Shown here: in pieces, positions 38,887 through 48,005 of the stretch
Position numbering within the stretch: position 1 is the stretch's first letter
Layout: each line of letters begins with the position of its first letter
DNA from: an uncultured Acidobacteriota bacterium
GTDB lineage: Bacteria; Acidobacteriota; Vicinamibacteria; Vicinamibacterales; CAVVIG01
DNA: 64,000 bases
NCBI GenBank assembly: GCA_963807925.1
Contig: CAWEDP010000002.1
Location: forward strand, 1,164,034 to 1,228,033
Reading direction: 5' to 3'
Translations under genes and position numbers: made by a program
Notes under the pieces: generated by a model
Databases searched by the model: none
Seen by the model: only the letters and a program-made list of their open reading frames with translations
Told to the model about the DNA's origin: nothing

Positions 38887-40014
38887 ATGTCCAGTCTGGG
38901 CGAGGCGCTCGCCCGTCACACGGTCGACGGCGAGCTCTACGATACGCTCGCCGACGGCCGCCTGCGCTGCCACGCCTGCGGCCACTGCTGTCCGCTGCCC
39001 GAGGGGGCGATCGGCGTGTGCAAGGTCCGCTACAACGAAGGGGGCCGCCTGCGCGTGCCGTGGGGCTACGTCAGCGGCGTTCAGTGCGATCCCATTGAAA
39101 AGAAGCCGTTCTTCCACGCCTATCCCGGGGCGCTCGCCTACAGCTTCGGCATGCTCGGCTGCGACCTCCACTGCGCGTATTGCCAGAACTGGGTGACGTC
39201 GCAGGCGCTGCGCGACCCGGCCGCGGTATCGGCGCCGCTCGGCGCGTCGCCCGAGCGGCTCGTCGAGGACGCCCTCACGCAGGGCGCCTCGGTCCTCGTG
39301 AGCACCTACAACGAGCCGCTGATTACCAGCGAGTGGTCGGTCGCCGTGTTCAAGGAGGCGAAGAGGGCCGGCCTGGTGACAGGCTTCGTGTCGAACGGCA
39401 ACGGCACGCCGCAAGTGCTCGAGTACCTGCGGCCGTGGGTCGATCTCTACAAGGTCGATCTCAAGAGCTTCGACGATCGGCACTACCGCCAGCTCGGCGG
39501 ACGCCTCGAGCCGGTGCTCGACACGATTCGGCGGCTGCACGAGATGGACTTCTGGGTCGAGGTCGTGACGCTCCTGATTCCAGGCTTCAACGACTCGCCC
39601 GACGAGTTGACGCGGCTGACAACGTTCATCGCGAGCGTGTCGCCCTCGATTCCGTGGCACGTCACCGCGTTCCACGGCGACTACCGGATGAACGAGCCGG
39701 AGGACACGACGCCCGACATGCTCGTCGCCGCGGCGGCGATCGGCCGCGCCGCCGGCCTGCAGCACGTCTATGCCGGCAACCTGCCAGGCAGGGTCGGGTC
39801 GCTCGAGAATACCCGGTGCGCCTCGTGCGGCCAGGCCGTCATCGAGCGCTACGGATACGCGATTCGCGAGTACGCCGTGACGCCGGACGGCGGGTGCGGC
39901 CGGTGCGGGAGGCCGATTCCCGGCCGCTGGGCGACGTCGTTTGCAGGGCAGTTGACGTCGCGGCCACGCCCCGTGTCGCGCGACCGGCGCTGGGCGCTTT
40001 ACAATTCCCGCTGA
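38887..40014 (+). CDS. AmmeMemoRadiSam-system-type radical SAM enzyme (AmrS-like; PFL-activase-related)
   Basis: Start ATG 38887. N-terminal Cys cluster RCHACGHCCPLPEGAIGVCKVR. Radical SAM CDLHCAYCQNW (CX3CX2C). C-terminal CASCGQ...CGRCG. Confidence 0.8.
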   Translation: MSSLGEALARHTVDGELYDTLADGRLRCHACGHCCPLPEGAIGVCKVRYNEGGRLRVPWGYVSGVQCDPIEKKPFFHAYPGALAYSFGMLGCDLHCAYCQNWVTSQALRDPAAVSAPLGASPERLVEDALTQGASVLVSTYNEPLITSEWSVAVFKEAKRAGLVTGFVSNGNGTPQVLEYLRPWVDLYKVDLKSFDDRHYRQLGGRLEPVLDTIRRLHEMDFWVEVVTLLIPGFNDSPDELTRLTTFIASVSPSIPWHVTAFHGDYRMNEPEDTTPDMLVAAAAIGRAAGLQHVYAGNLPGRVGSLENTRCASCGQAVIERYGYAIREYAVTPDGGCGRCGRPIPGRWATSFAGQLTSRPRPVSRDRRWALYNSR

Positions 40015-40111
40015 TGAGTCGCGGCGAAGCCGGACAGGCCGGCAAGGGTCAGACCTGGCGGATCCCGGCGATCCTGGTCGTCGCGATCCTGTAGATTGTG
40101 AACTGTGAACT

Positions 40112-41158
40112 GTGAATCGCGAGTTTCTCCGCGTGCCGCCGGTGCTTGAGGATCGCCTGAACCGTCCGCTGCGCAACCTGCGCCTGTCGGTCACCGACCG
40201 GTGCAACATCCGCTGCGCGTACTGCATGCCGGAGGACGAGTACGTCTGGCTGCCGCGCGAGGACATGCTGCACTTCGAGGAGATCAGCGCGCTGGTGGAC
40301 ATCTTCATCGCGCTCGGCGTCGACAAGGTGCGGCTGACCGGCGGCGAGCCGCTGCTCCGCCGCGATCTCCCGACGCTCGTGCGGCTGCTCGCCGCAAAGC
40401 CGGGGCTGCGGGATCTCGCGATCACGACCAACGGCATCCTGCTCGCCGATCACATCGAGGCGCTGCAGGCCGCCGGGCTGCGACGGGTCACCGTCAGCCT
40501 GGACACGCTGCAGCGGGATCGGTTCATCGCGCTCACGCGCTTCGATCAGCTCGGCGCCGTTCGCGCCGGCATCGACGCCGCCCGTCAGGCGTACGGCACG
40601 CTCAAGCTCGACACCGTCGTCATTCGCGGCGTCAACGACGACGAGATCGTCGACCTGGTGGAGTACGCGAGGTCGGTGCAGGGGGAAGTGCGTTTCATCG
40701 AGTACATGGACGTCGGTGGCGCCACCCGCTGGTCCGCCGACCGCGTGGTCTCGCGCGCGGAGATGCTCGATGCGCTCCGGGGCCGCTACGGCACGGTCAC
40801 TCCCCTCGCGGCGAACGATTCGGCGCCCGCCGAGCGCTTTGCGCTGCCGGACGGCGCGACGGTCGGGATCATCTCGTCCACCACCGCGCCGTTCTGCCGC
40901 GACTGCGACCGCAGTCGTCTGACCGCGGACGGGATGTGGTACCTGTGCCTGTACGCGACGAGCGGGATCGATCTCCGCGCCCCGCTGCGCGCCGGCGTCA
41001 CGCCCGAGGCGCTGCGGGCGCTGATTGCGCGCGGCTGGAGCGGCCGCACCGATCGCGGCGCCGAGCAGCGGCTCCAGATCGGCGACCGGCGCACGTTCGT
41101 GCCGATGACGGATCTGCGACGCGATCCGCACCTCGAGATGCACACGCGCGGGGGGTAG
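40112..41158 (+). CDS. moaA: GTP 3',8-cyclase MoaA (molybdenum cofactor biosynthesis)
   Basis: LRLSVTDRCNIRCAYCMP, LTGGEPLLR, and C-terminal FCRDCDRSRLTADG second cluster. GTG start. Confidence 0.9.
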   Translation: MNREFLRVPPVLEDRLNRPLRNLRLSVTDRCNIRCAYCMPEDEYVWLPREDMLHFEEISALVDIFIALGVDKVRLTGGEPLLRRDLPTLVRLLAAKPGLRDLAITTNGILLADHIEALQAAGLRRVTVSLDTLQRDRFIALTRFDQLGAVRAGIDAARQAYGTLKLDTVVIRGVNDDEIVDLVEYARSVQGEVRFIEYMDVGGATRWSADRVVSRAEMLDALRGRYGTVTPLAANDSAPAERFALPDGATVGIISSTTAPFCRDCDRSRLTADGMWYLCLYATSGIDLRAPLRAGVTPEALRALIARGWSGRTDRGAEQRLQIGDRRTFVPMTDLRRDPHLEMHTRGG

Positions 41159-41182
41159 GTCCGGCTGAAGCCGGACACTACG

Positions 41183-41965
41183 CTATTTGCCGACCAGGTG
41201 CGCGAGATCCTTCTCGTTCTCGCACACGTACTCGATCAACTCCGTGTCCGGTACCAGGTTGTACGGCACGGTCGCGGTCCACGGCTTCGTGTACATCTTC
41301 GGATCGTCGATCGTGATCTGCAGATCGATGTGCCCGAAGTCCTTCCGCCGGTACCGCTCGGTGACGTGCAGCGCGTCGCTGTGCGGATGGCCGCCGTCGT
41401 CCAGCCACGTCTGATCGTTGAAGCCGGCCGATTCGACGACGAGCGCGTCGCCGTCCCAGCGGCCGACCGAATAGCCCATCCACGTCGGCTGGGGATCCTT
41501 CGGCAGCGCGCGGCCGTCGGTGAAGATCTGCCGGTAGTCGATGAACGGCTCGAAGAGCACGACGAGCTGGGCCGGCGTCTGCAGGATCTTGAACGGATAC
41601 GGCACGAGCGCGGCATCGGGAACCGCGTGCGGCAGGCATCGCTCGGTGGGACGGCCGATGCTGTTGGTTTCCTGGCGGCGTTTGTAGAGCGCCGCGCCCT
41701 CGGGCCGGAACGGGACGTCCACGCCGTCCACGGCGAGATTCCCCAGATACCTGCCGCTCGCCACCAGCCAGATGCCGCTCAGATCGGGCTTGCCGTCAGC
41801 CGTCCTCGGGGCGGGCGCGGAAAGGTTCGGCTTGCCGTCCGCGGTCCGCGGCGTGCCCGCGAGCGGAATCCGAATCCATTGGGCAGAGGCGGTCACCGCG
41901 CCTGCGGCCATCGCTCCGGCCACTGCCGCCGTGGGGATCAGCGTCCGGATGGTCCGGAAGGTCAT
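41183..41965 (-). CDS. Secreted hypothetical protein
   Basis: Only the last 260 codons of track ORF 41183..43990 are used. ATG 41965 (MTFRTIRTLIPTAAVAGAMAAGAVTASA signal). An internal near-duplicate, TADGKPNLSAPAPRTADGKPDLSG. Confidence 0.6.
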   Translation of the reverse strand: MTFRTIRTLIPTAAVAGAMAAGAVTASAQWIRIPLAGTPRTADGKPNLSAPAPRTADGKPDLSGIWLVASGRYLGNLAVDGVDVPFRPEGAALYKRRQETNSIGRPTERCLPHAVPDAALVPYPFKILQTPAQLVVLFEPFIDYRQIFTDGRALPKDPQPTWMGYSVGRWDGDALVVESAGFNDQTWLDDGGHPHSDALHVTERYRRKDFGHIDLQITIDDPKMYTKPWTATVPYNLVPDTELIEYVCENEKDLAHLVGK

Positions 41966-42051
41966 TGACGACTCCTTTGACGATTTCCGCCGACAGGCGA
42001 CGCGATTGTGGCATGACTGCCAGACGTTCAGGCATGGTATTTTGACGACCG

Positions 42052-43353
42052 CTACACCACATCGGCCAACGACGCCTCCTCGCCGGCCCGCGGGTCGCCG
42101 ACGCCGGCCAGACCGCGATCGAGGCGCCGCTCGTCCACCTGGCCGCACCATTTGCCGACCACGATGGTCGCGACGCTGTTCCCGATCAGGTTCGTCACCG
42201 CCATCGCCTCGCCCATGAAGCGATGGATCCCCAGCACGAGCGCGACACCGGCCACCGGAATCGCGCCGGTCGCCGAGAGCGTACCGGCCAGCACGATCAG
42301 CGCCGCCCCGGCCACTCCCGCCGTTCCCTTCGACGTCAGCAGCAGGATCGCGAGCAGCGCCAGTTGCCGTCCGATGCCGAGCGGCGTGTTCGTGGCCTGC
42401 GCGATGAACACCGACGCGATCGTCAGATAGATGGCGCTGCCGTCGAGGTTGAACGAGTAGCCGGCCGGGATCACGAGGCCCACCACCGAACGGTCCACCC
42501 CCAGGGTCTCGAGCTTCGCCATGATGCGCGGCAGCACTGATTCCGACGACGAGGTGCCGTAGACGATGAAGAGCTCCTCCTTGATGTGGACGACGAGGCG
42601 CCAGACGCTGAAGCCGTGGGCGCGCGCGATCGCCCCGAGCACCAGCCCGACGAACAGGACACACGTGAGATAGAAGCTGGCGATCAGCTTCCCGAGCGGC
42701 GCGAGCGTCCCGACGCCGAAAGTGCCGATCGTGAACGCCATCGCGCCGAAGGCGCCGAGCGGCGCCGTCAGCATGATGATGCCGACGATCCGGAACAGCA
42801 CGCGCGCGAGCAGCTCGACGAGCTCGAACACCGGACGCCCCGATCGGCCGAGCGCGTGAAGCGCGACGCCGAACAGGACCGAAATGAGCAGCACCTGCAG
42901 GATGTCGCCCTTGGCGAAGGCGTCCACGACGGTGCTCGGAATGATCCCCAGGACGAAGTCGGCTGCGCCCTGGGCGCCGGCCCCGGTCAGATACTGCGCC
43001 ACGGCCCTGGCGTCGAGCGTTGCGGGATCGACGTTCATCCCGGCGCCCGGCTTCACCAGGTTGACGACCGCCAGGCCGATGACGAGCGACAGCGTGCTCA
43101 CCGCCTCGAAGTACAGCAGCGCCAGCCCGCCCGCCTTGCCCACGGCTCTCGCGTCGCCGACGCCCGCAATGCCGGCGACGACCGTGCAGAAGATGATCGG
43201 GCCGATCATCATCCTGATCAGCTTGATGAAGCCGTCGCCAAGCGGTCGCATGGCCGCGCCCGTCTGCGGAAACCAGTAGCCGAGCGCGACGCCGGCGAGG
43301 GTCGCCACCAGCACCTGGCCGTAGAGGGTCGTCAGAAACGGTTTGCGGACCAT
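42052..43353 (-). CDS. dctA: Dicarboxylate/amino acid:cation symporter (DctA-like)
   Basis: [23 protein letters not shown]... and ...[11 protein letters not shown]...[12 protein letters not shown] family motifs. Confidence 0.9.
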   Translation of the reverse strand: MVRKPFLTTLYGQVLVATLAGVALGYWFPQTGAAMRPLGDGFIKLIRMMIGPIIFCTVVAGIAGVGDARAVGKAGGLALLYFEAVSTLSLVIGLAVVNLVKPGAGMNVDPATLDARAVAQYLTGAGAQGAADFVLGIIPSTVVDAFAKGDILQVLLISVLFGVALHALGRSGRPVFELVELLARVLFRIVGIIMLTAPLGAFGAMAFTIGTFGVGTLAPLGKLIASFYLTCVLFVGLVLGAIARAHGFSVWRLVVHIKEELFIVYGTSSSESVLPRIMAKLETLGVDRSVVGLVIPAGYSFNLDGSAIYLTIASVFIAQATNTPLGIGRQLALLAILLLTSKGTAGVAGAALIVLAGTLSATGAIPVAGVALVLGIHRFMGEAMAVTNLIGNSVATIVVGKWCGQVDERRLDRGLAGVGDPRAGEEASLADVV

Positions 43354-43388
43354 CGACGGCTACGATAATAGTTCGATCGAGACGATCC

Positions 43389-43802
43389 GTGAGGGACGGG
43401 GAACCGGGCGGCGACGCTGCGGACGTTCGCCTGGACGTCTGGCTCGACGTGGCCTGCCTGTTTCGCACGCGCTCCGAGGCGCAGCGGGCGTGCCGAGGCG
43501 GCAAGGTCACGGTCAACGGCGCGTCCGGCAAACCGAACCGCGTCGTGAGGGCCGACGACCGCATCGACATCACGCGTCCGCTCGGACGCACGCAGCGCAT
43601 CATCGTCCGCACGACGAGGTCGCAGCATGTGGCCAGGGCCGATGCGCGGCTGATGTACGAGGACATCACGCCCAGGCCAACCGCGGAGGAAGTGGAGCGC
43701 CGGCGGCTCGAGCGGCTGTTCCGGGCCTCGGTGTCGCCGCCCCGCGCGCCCGACAAACGAGAACGGCGCGCGCTGCGGCGGTTGCGGGGACGGGACGACT
43801 GA
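43389..43802 (+). CDS. S4-domain RNA-binding protein (Hsp15/HslR-like)
   Basis: VRLDVWLDVACLFRTRSEAQRACRGGKVTVNGASGKPNRVVRADDRIDI. Confidence 0.75.
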   Translation: MRDGEPGGDAADVRLDVWLDVACLFRTRSEAQRACRGGKVTVNGASGKPNRVVRADDRIDITRPLGRTQRIIVRTTRSQHVARADARLMYEDITPRPTAEEVERRRLERLFRASVSPPRAPDKRERRALRRLRGRDD

Positions 43803-43826
43803 GGCTGTCGCCAGGCCGAAGCGACG

Positions 43827-45935
43827 CTACCCGGATTGAGTGCCGCTGTTCGCCAGGGAGCGCGACAGGTCAGCCGAGCGATCCGACTGTTGCCGGCGGC
43901 GGCGCTCGAGCCCGGTCCAGATCCGCAGCACCTCGGCCACGCTCCACGCCTGGGCAATGCAGCCGCGGGGGGTGTAGGGCGACTCCGCATCGAAGACTTC
44001 GCTGATCGACCCGATGCACGCTTCGTCGAGGTGGCGCTCGAATCCGCGAATCGCGTCCCGCGCGCCGGCCAGGTCCTCGGGATGCACCTTCAGCCACGCA
44101 TCGACGAACGGCCCGGCAAGCCACGCCCAGACGGTTCCCTGGTGATACGCGGCATCGCGGGTCCGGAGATCCCCGTAATAGCGCGGCTTGAACTCCGGGT
44201 CGTCCGGCGCGAGCGACCGGAGCCCGACCGGCGTCAGCAATCGGTCGCGGACGATCCGGAGGACCGGCTCCCACCGATCGCGTGACAGCACCGGATGCGG
44301 CAGCGCCATCGCGATGATCTGGTTCGGCCGGCACCTGGAATCGTCGCCGGTTTCGCCGTCGACCACGTCGTACAGATAGCCGCCGGCCGCGTACCAGAAG
44401 CGCTCGTTGAACGACCGGCACGCCCGCCCGGCCATCGCGGCGTAGTCGGGACCGTCGGCCTTCAGCTGGTCCTTCCAGGCTGCCATCAACCGGAGCGCGT
44501 TGTACCAGAGCGCGTTGATCTCGACCGGCTTGCCGCGCCGCGGCGTCACCACCCAGTCGTCCACCTTCGCGTCCATCCATGTCAGCTGATAGCTCTCGGC
44601 CCCCTCGGCGAGCAGCCCGTCCTCCGGGTCCACGTGGATCCCGAATCGCGTGCCCTGCACGTGATGGTGGACGATGTCGGCGAGCGTCGGAAACAGGAGC
44701 GTCAGCGTCAGGCTGTCGCCCGTGCGCGCGAGGTACCGCGACAACGCATGAAAGAACCACATCGTCGCGTCGGCGGTGTGGTACAAGCCCTCGTTTTCTC
44801 CCTCGGGAAACATGTTCGGGATGAGGCCGTCACGCACGTACTGACCGAAGGTGCGGAGGATGTACCCCGCTTCGGTCTCGCGGCCGGTGACGAGCGTGAG
44901 CCCTTCGAGGCTGATCATCGTGTCGCGGCCCCAATCGGTGAACCAGTGATAGCCGGCGATCACGGTGCGGATGTCGTCGCCGGCCGCGCGCGCGCGCAGC
45001 GCATCGTCGGCCCGCCCCGCCGGCGTCGCGACGAACTGATCGGCGGCGAGCACCAGCTCCGCGGCGGGGCCGACCTGCGCTTCGGGGACCGCCTGCGCGA
45101 GCAGCCGCTCGCGGCGCTCGCGCTCGCCGGCCGCTGCCTGATCCGGACCGAGCGCGTCGATGGCCTGAAACGATTCGGTGGACGCGATGAAGGTCGCGCG
45201 GCCGCCCGGGGTCAGCGTGAAGCGGAAATACCCCGGGCTCCACAGGTCGCCGCGCGCCTGATACCCGCGGCTCTCCTCGACCGGGTACAGGATGTTCGCG
45301 ATCCGCCGGCCCTTCAGGGTAAAGGTCGCCTCCTCGCCAATCAGCTTCATGCGGAGCGGCGGCAGATCGCTGCCGCTCAACCTGATCTCGTAGTCGTCCT
45401 CGCACGCGTGGAATTGGTACCGACCCCCCAGGGGCGTGCTGACCGGCAGCTCCTGCGGACGAAAATGCACCGAGGGTCGCAGCGCGAGCTCGATGGCCGC
45501 CGGGCCGCTGACGAGCTCGTAGGTCACGTGCACCGTGTTCTGGCGGTACGGCAGCAGGACGCGTCGTTCGACAACGGTGTCGTCCACGTGATACCGCCAC
45601 ACCGGCAGCCCCGCTTCGAGGCGAAATTCCTCCAGCCAGCCGGTGCCGTGCGCGTCGGCTGCATCAACGGTCCGCTCGCGTCCGCCCAGCTCCACTTTCC
45701 GGCCGCCCTCGAATCGAAGCTGTTCGGCGAGGTGACTGAGCATCACCGTGCGGCCGTGCGGCGCGCCGAGAGCGGCAATCAGCATGCCGTGGTAGCGGCG
45801 CGTCATGACGCCCGGCACCGTGCCGGAGGCATAGCCGCCAAGCCCGTTGGTGACCAGCCATTCGCGTGTGACGAGCGCGTCGGGGTCCGACCGATCCACG
45901 ACGGGCCACGCAATTCGACGCACTGGTTCGTTCAC
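43827..45935 (-). CDS. Glycogen debranching enzyme (bacterial/archaeal GDE_N + amylo-alpha-1,6-glucosidase)
   Basis: GTG start 45935. EWLVTNGLGGYASGTVPGVMTRRYHGMLIAAL...WFTDWGRDTMISL...(alpha/alpha)6 C-domain. Confidence 0.85.
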   Translation of the reverse strand: MNEPVRRIAWPVVDRSDPDALVTREWLVTNGLGGYASGTVPGVMTRRYHGMLIAALGAPHGRTVMLSHLAEQLRFEGGRKVELGGRERTVDAADAHGTGWLEEFRLEAGLPVWRYHVDDTVVERRVLLPYRQNTVHVTYELVSGPAAIELALRPSVHFRPQELPVSTPLGGRYQFHACEDDYEIRLSGSDLPPLRMKLIGEEATFTLKGRRIANILYPVEESRGYQARGDLWSPGYFRFTLTPGGRATFIASTESFQAIDALGPDQAAAGERERRERLLAQAVPEAQVGPAAELVLAADQFVATPAGRADDALRARAAGDDIRTVIAGYHWFTDWGRDTMISLEGLTLVTGRETEAGYILRTFGQYVRDGLIPNMFPEGENEGLYHTADATMWFFHALSRYLARTGDSLTLTLLFPTLADIVHHHVQGTRFGIHVDPEDGLLAEGAESYQLTWMDAKVDDWVVTPRRGKPVEINALWYNALRLMAAWKDQLKADGPDYAAMAGRACRSFNERFWYAAGGYLYDVVDGETGDDSRCRPNQIIAMALPHPVLSRDRWEPVLRIVRDRLLTPVGLRSLAPDDPEFKPRYYGDLRTRDAAYHQGTVWAWLAGPFVDAWLKVHPEDLAGARDAIRGFERHLDEACIGSISEVFDAESPYTPRGCIAQAWSVAEVLRIWTGLERRRRQQSDRSADLSRSLANSGTQSG

Positions 45936-45942
45936 GGCGGCC

Positions 45943-47889
45943 TCACGCGGTGCGGCGCGCGACCGGCGTCGGCCCGCGCTCACCGGATCGATCGCCGGGC
46001 GCCAGCACGACGGCCGAGGCGCCCGGGATCCGCCAACATCCCTCCGGCCACAGATGGCCCAGGCCCATGCCCCCGTACCGGGGATCTTCGCTGGACCACC
46101 GAACCGTCCAATCACGCCGGGCTGGTGGCGCGAGCAGCGGTTCGGCGAACGAGCCGCGCCGCAGTTCCCTGCCGAGGTTCACGACGAGCAGTCGATCGTC
46201 GGCCGCGGCCGCGGCGAAGAACCGAATCGCGAACGCGCCGGCCGCGAGCACCGCGCCGTCCACCTCACCCCGCGCCTGCCGCCTGAACGCCTCGTCCTCT
46301 GCGCGCAGGCGGAGCAGGTCGCCGTGGAGCGCGTACGCCTCGGCATGCGCCATCCGCTCGTTGAAATCGAGCCGGCACCGACGGAACGTGCCTTCGTCTG
46401 CCGGATCGTCGAGCGTCTCCCGAGCGAGGAACCCGCCGATGCTGGGGAACTGCCGGAGGAACTCGGCGCGCCCCCGCCGGACCGCTGGCGCAAGATCCGG
46501 ATTGTGATCGGCGAAGTACAGGAACGGCGCCGACGCGGCGAACTCCTGCCCCTGGAAGAGCATCGGCGTCGATGGCAAGAGCAGCAGGACCGCCGTCATC
46601 GCGCGCCATCGCCCCGGGGCGGACAGCGCGTGCGCGCGCAGCCCGCGCGCCGAGTTCGCGATCTGATCGTGGTTCTGCAGATACGCGACCAACTGCCACG
46701 GCTGCAGATCCCGTGCAGGTGTGCCGCGCGGCCGGCGCTGCCACTGGTAGCGCTGCCCCTGAAAGAGAAACCCGTACTTCGCGGCCGACACGAACTCCTG
46801 CGGCTCGCCGCGCGTGTCGCTGTAATAGGCTTCCGCGCGACCGGTCAGCGCCACCATGGCGCTGTGGTGGAAGTCGTCGTTCCACAGGCCGTCGAGCCCG
46901 AAGCCGCCCTCATCGACGCGGCGGACGAGACGCGCATCCTGCGGCTCGTTTTCCGCGATCAGGATGGTGGCGCGCGCGCCGGCCGCCTGGCGCACGGCAC
47001 GGCCGACATCGGCCAGGATGTGCACCGCCGACGCGTCGAAGATCTGCTGCGTGGCGTCGAGCCTCAGGCCGTCCATGTGGAATTCGTCGATCCAGTAGGC
47101 GGCATTCGCGACGAAGAAGGCCCGCACCGGGGCCGAATCGGGACCGTCGAAATTGACCGCATCGCCCCACTCGTTCTCGTACCGATCGGTGAAATAGGCC
47201 GGCGTGAATTCACGCAGGTAGTTGCCGCTCGGTCCGAAATGGTTGTAGACGACGTCGAGGATCACCGCAACGCCGTGGGCGTGCGCCCGGTCCACGAAGC
47301 GGCGCAGATCGTCGGGACGGCCGTAGAGGCGGGTCGGCGCCCACAGGTTCACGCCGTCGTACCCCCACCCGAACCGTCCGTCGAAATCGCCGATCGGCAT
47401 CAGCTCGACAACCGTGATTCCGATTCGCGCCAGTTCGGGCAGTTGAGCGGCCGCCCCGTCCCAGGTGCCTTCCGGCGTGAACGTGCCGACGTGCAGCTCG
47501 TACAGCACCTGCCCGGGCATCGACACGCCCCGCCACGCGCCGTCGTTCCACCGAAACGCGCGGGCATCGACGACCTCCGACCACCCGTGCGGGCCTTCCG
47601 GCTGGAACCGCGAGGCGGGATCGGGGTACCGACGTTCGCCTTCGTCGAGTTGAAACCGATAACGGCTGCCGGCGACCGCTTCGAGCACGCCGGCGAAATG
47701 GCCGTCGGGCTCCGCGGTCAGGATCCCGTCGCGTCCGTCATCGAACACGACGCGCACCCGGCGGGAGCGCGGCGCCCAGACGCGGAAGCTCGCGCAGCCT
47801 GCCTCGACGCACTCGGCGCCGACCGGAAACCGGCGAACGGCGCGAAGGTCGGAGAGGCTGGGAGACGCGCTTCCCGCGGACCGACTCAT
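45943..47889 (-). CDS. treZ: Malto-oligosyltrehalose trehalohydrolase (GH13)
   Basis: Only the last 648 codons of track ORF 45943..50118 are used. FRVWAP...YELHVGTFT...GWGYDGV...DVVYNHFGP...GLRLDA...AENE...NHDQ. Confidence 0.85.
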   Translation of the reverse strand: MSRSAGSASPSLSDLRAVRRFPVGAECVEAGCASFRVWAPRSRRVRVVFDDGRDGILTAEPDGHFAGVLEAVAGSRYRFQLDEGERRYPDPASRFQPEGPHGWSEVVDARAFRWNDGAWRGVSMPGQVLYELHVGTFTPEGTWDGAAAQLPELARIGITVVELMPIGDFDGRFGWGYDGVNLWAPTRLYGRPDDLRRFVDRAHAHGVAVILDVVYNHFGPSGNYLREFTPAYFTDRYENEWGDAVNFDGPDSAPVRAFFVANAAYWIDEFHMDGLRLDATQQIFDASAVHILADVGRAVRQAAGARATILIAENEPQDARLVRRVDEGGFGLDGLWNDDFHHSAMVALTGRAEAYYSDTRGEPQEFVSAAKYGFLFQGQRYQWQRRPRGTPARDLQPWQLVAYLQNHDQIANSARGLRAHALSAPGRWRAMTAVLLLLPSTPMLFQGQEFAASAPFLYFADHNPDLAPAVRRGRAEFLRQFPSIGGFLARETLDDPADEGTFRRCRLDFNERMAHAEAYALHGDLLRLRAEDEAFRRQARGEVDGAVLAAGAFAIRFFAAAAADDRLLVVNLGRELRRGSFAEPLLAPPARRDWTVRWSSEDPRYGGMGLGHLWPEGCWRIPGASAVVLAPGDRSGERGPTPVARRTA

Positions 47890-48005
47890 GTCGGGCCGAG
47901 GCTGCACGAACGGTGCCTGCGGTCGGCGGGGCCGCCGACGACCAACGGTCCGGCTAACGGCCGTCAGGGCGTCTCGCGCTCCGCGCAGGGCTGGAACGGG
48001 CTTCC

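Noticed and set aside
41183-43990. 935-aa ORF, and likewise 45943..50118 (1391 aa), 48006..50447, 63028..63981
   Set aside because: These are read-through of real C-terminal genes into upstream antisense sequence: the 260-aa secreted protein, treZ, PBP1A and the CoA-binding protein. Starts were reset to the first start codon consistent with a signal or family N-terminus and with the neighbouring gene boundaries.
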